This document shows, one piece after another, positions 25,643 to 25,956 of a stretch of DNA of 25,956 nucleotides. The notes under the pieces are model-generated. The model was given only the letters and a program-made list of their open reading frames with translations, had not been told where the DNA came from and ran no database searches. Positions within the stretch are counted from its first letter, which is position 1. Every line of letters starts with the position of its first letter. The position numbers and the translations under genes are program-made. This DNA is from a virus, in IMG/VR virus record IMGVR_UViG_3300048579_000065; one strand, written 5' to 3'.

Positions 25643-25956
25643 ACTAGCCTTTAATGGGCAGTATTTTACTCATACTAGTTAAACCTACTACAATCAGTAG
25701 TAAGATTTAATAAATATGGCTAATTTACTGTGTGGTAAACCAATGGAATTTATTAAACTTTACTACAACCAATAGTAGGCGCAAAGGACAATTTGGTATG
25801 ACAACAATAGCATACAAAAGTTAACTTTGAAAGTTAGTAATATAATACCGGTAATAAAGTAGATTATAAATATGTAGCTTATATAAATACATATTATAAG
25901 TATTATAATCATTGAGATCTTATTCTTAAAATATATAATTTAAGTACTATAATCAT
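25643..25956. other. AT-rich non-coding tract with repeats, candidate replication origin/control region
   Basis: No ORF; AGTAnTATAAT x3, 15-mer repeat at 25898/25942, palindrome AAAGTTAACTTT at 25817-25828. Confidence 0.45.

Larger units (their letters stand above)
1..25956. mobile_element. Tailed phage genome segment (head module, replication gene, accessory modification operon)
   Basis: TerL, portal, protease, capsid and primase-helicase in dense, overlapping gene arrays; no host genes, integrase or att site in the window. Confidence 0.95.

Noticed and set aside
1-25956. Stop-codon reassignment suggested by abundant TAG trinucleotides
   Set aside because: Genes are full-length under the standard code, and TAG ends genes at sensible boundaries (3707, 3944)
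1-25956. tRNA/rRNA, integrase/att sites, reverse transcriptase or DGR
   Set aside because: No recognisable motifs; intergenic gaps are short and explained by promoters and hairpins

Overview
AT-rich fragment of a tailed dsDNA (Caudoviricetes-type) phage genome, with no host housekeeping genes. A short divergence point at about 22001-22046 separates two arms. The rightward arm encodes a 985-aa primase-helicase followed by an AT-rich origin-like tract. The leftward arm starts with a head module: putative TerS, TerL with a 142-aa mini-intein in Walker A, a decoration-like protein, portal, fibre-like proteins, a Dps mini-ferritin, prohead protease/scaffold and major capsid protein. Where tail genes would normally follow, there is a tandem-domain HNH endonuclease, a truncated TET-associated (TAGT/GREB1-type) glycosyltransferase with its usual small partner, and a sigma70-driven operon. 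That operon carries five sugar-tailoring enzymes (FemAB-like GNAT, hexapeptide acetyltransferase, beta-propeller glycosidase-like protein, PhyH-type 2OG-Fe dioxygenase, SAM methyltransferase) interleaved with small Zn-finger ORFs. It is the best candidate for an undescribed system, plausibly DNA or virion glyco-hypermodification. Also visible are strong CG depletion with CTAG/GGCTA enrichment, a recurrent RGATARAMT late-promoter motif, and two promoter/hairpin/SD switches. All family calls come from motif recognition by eye; no searches were run.
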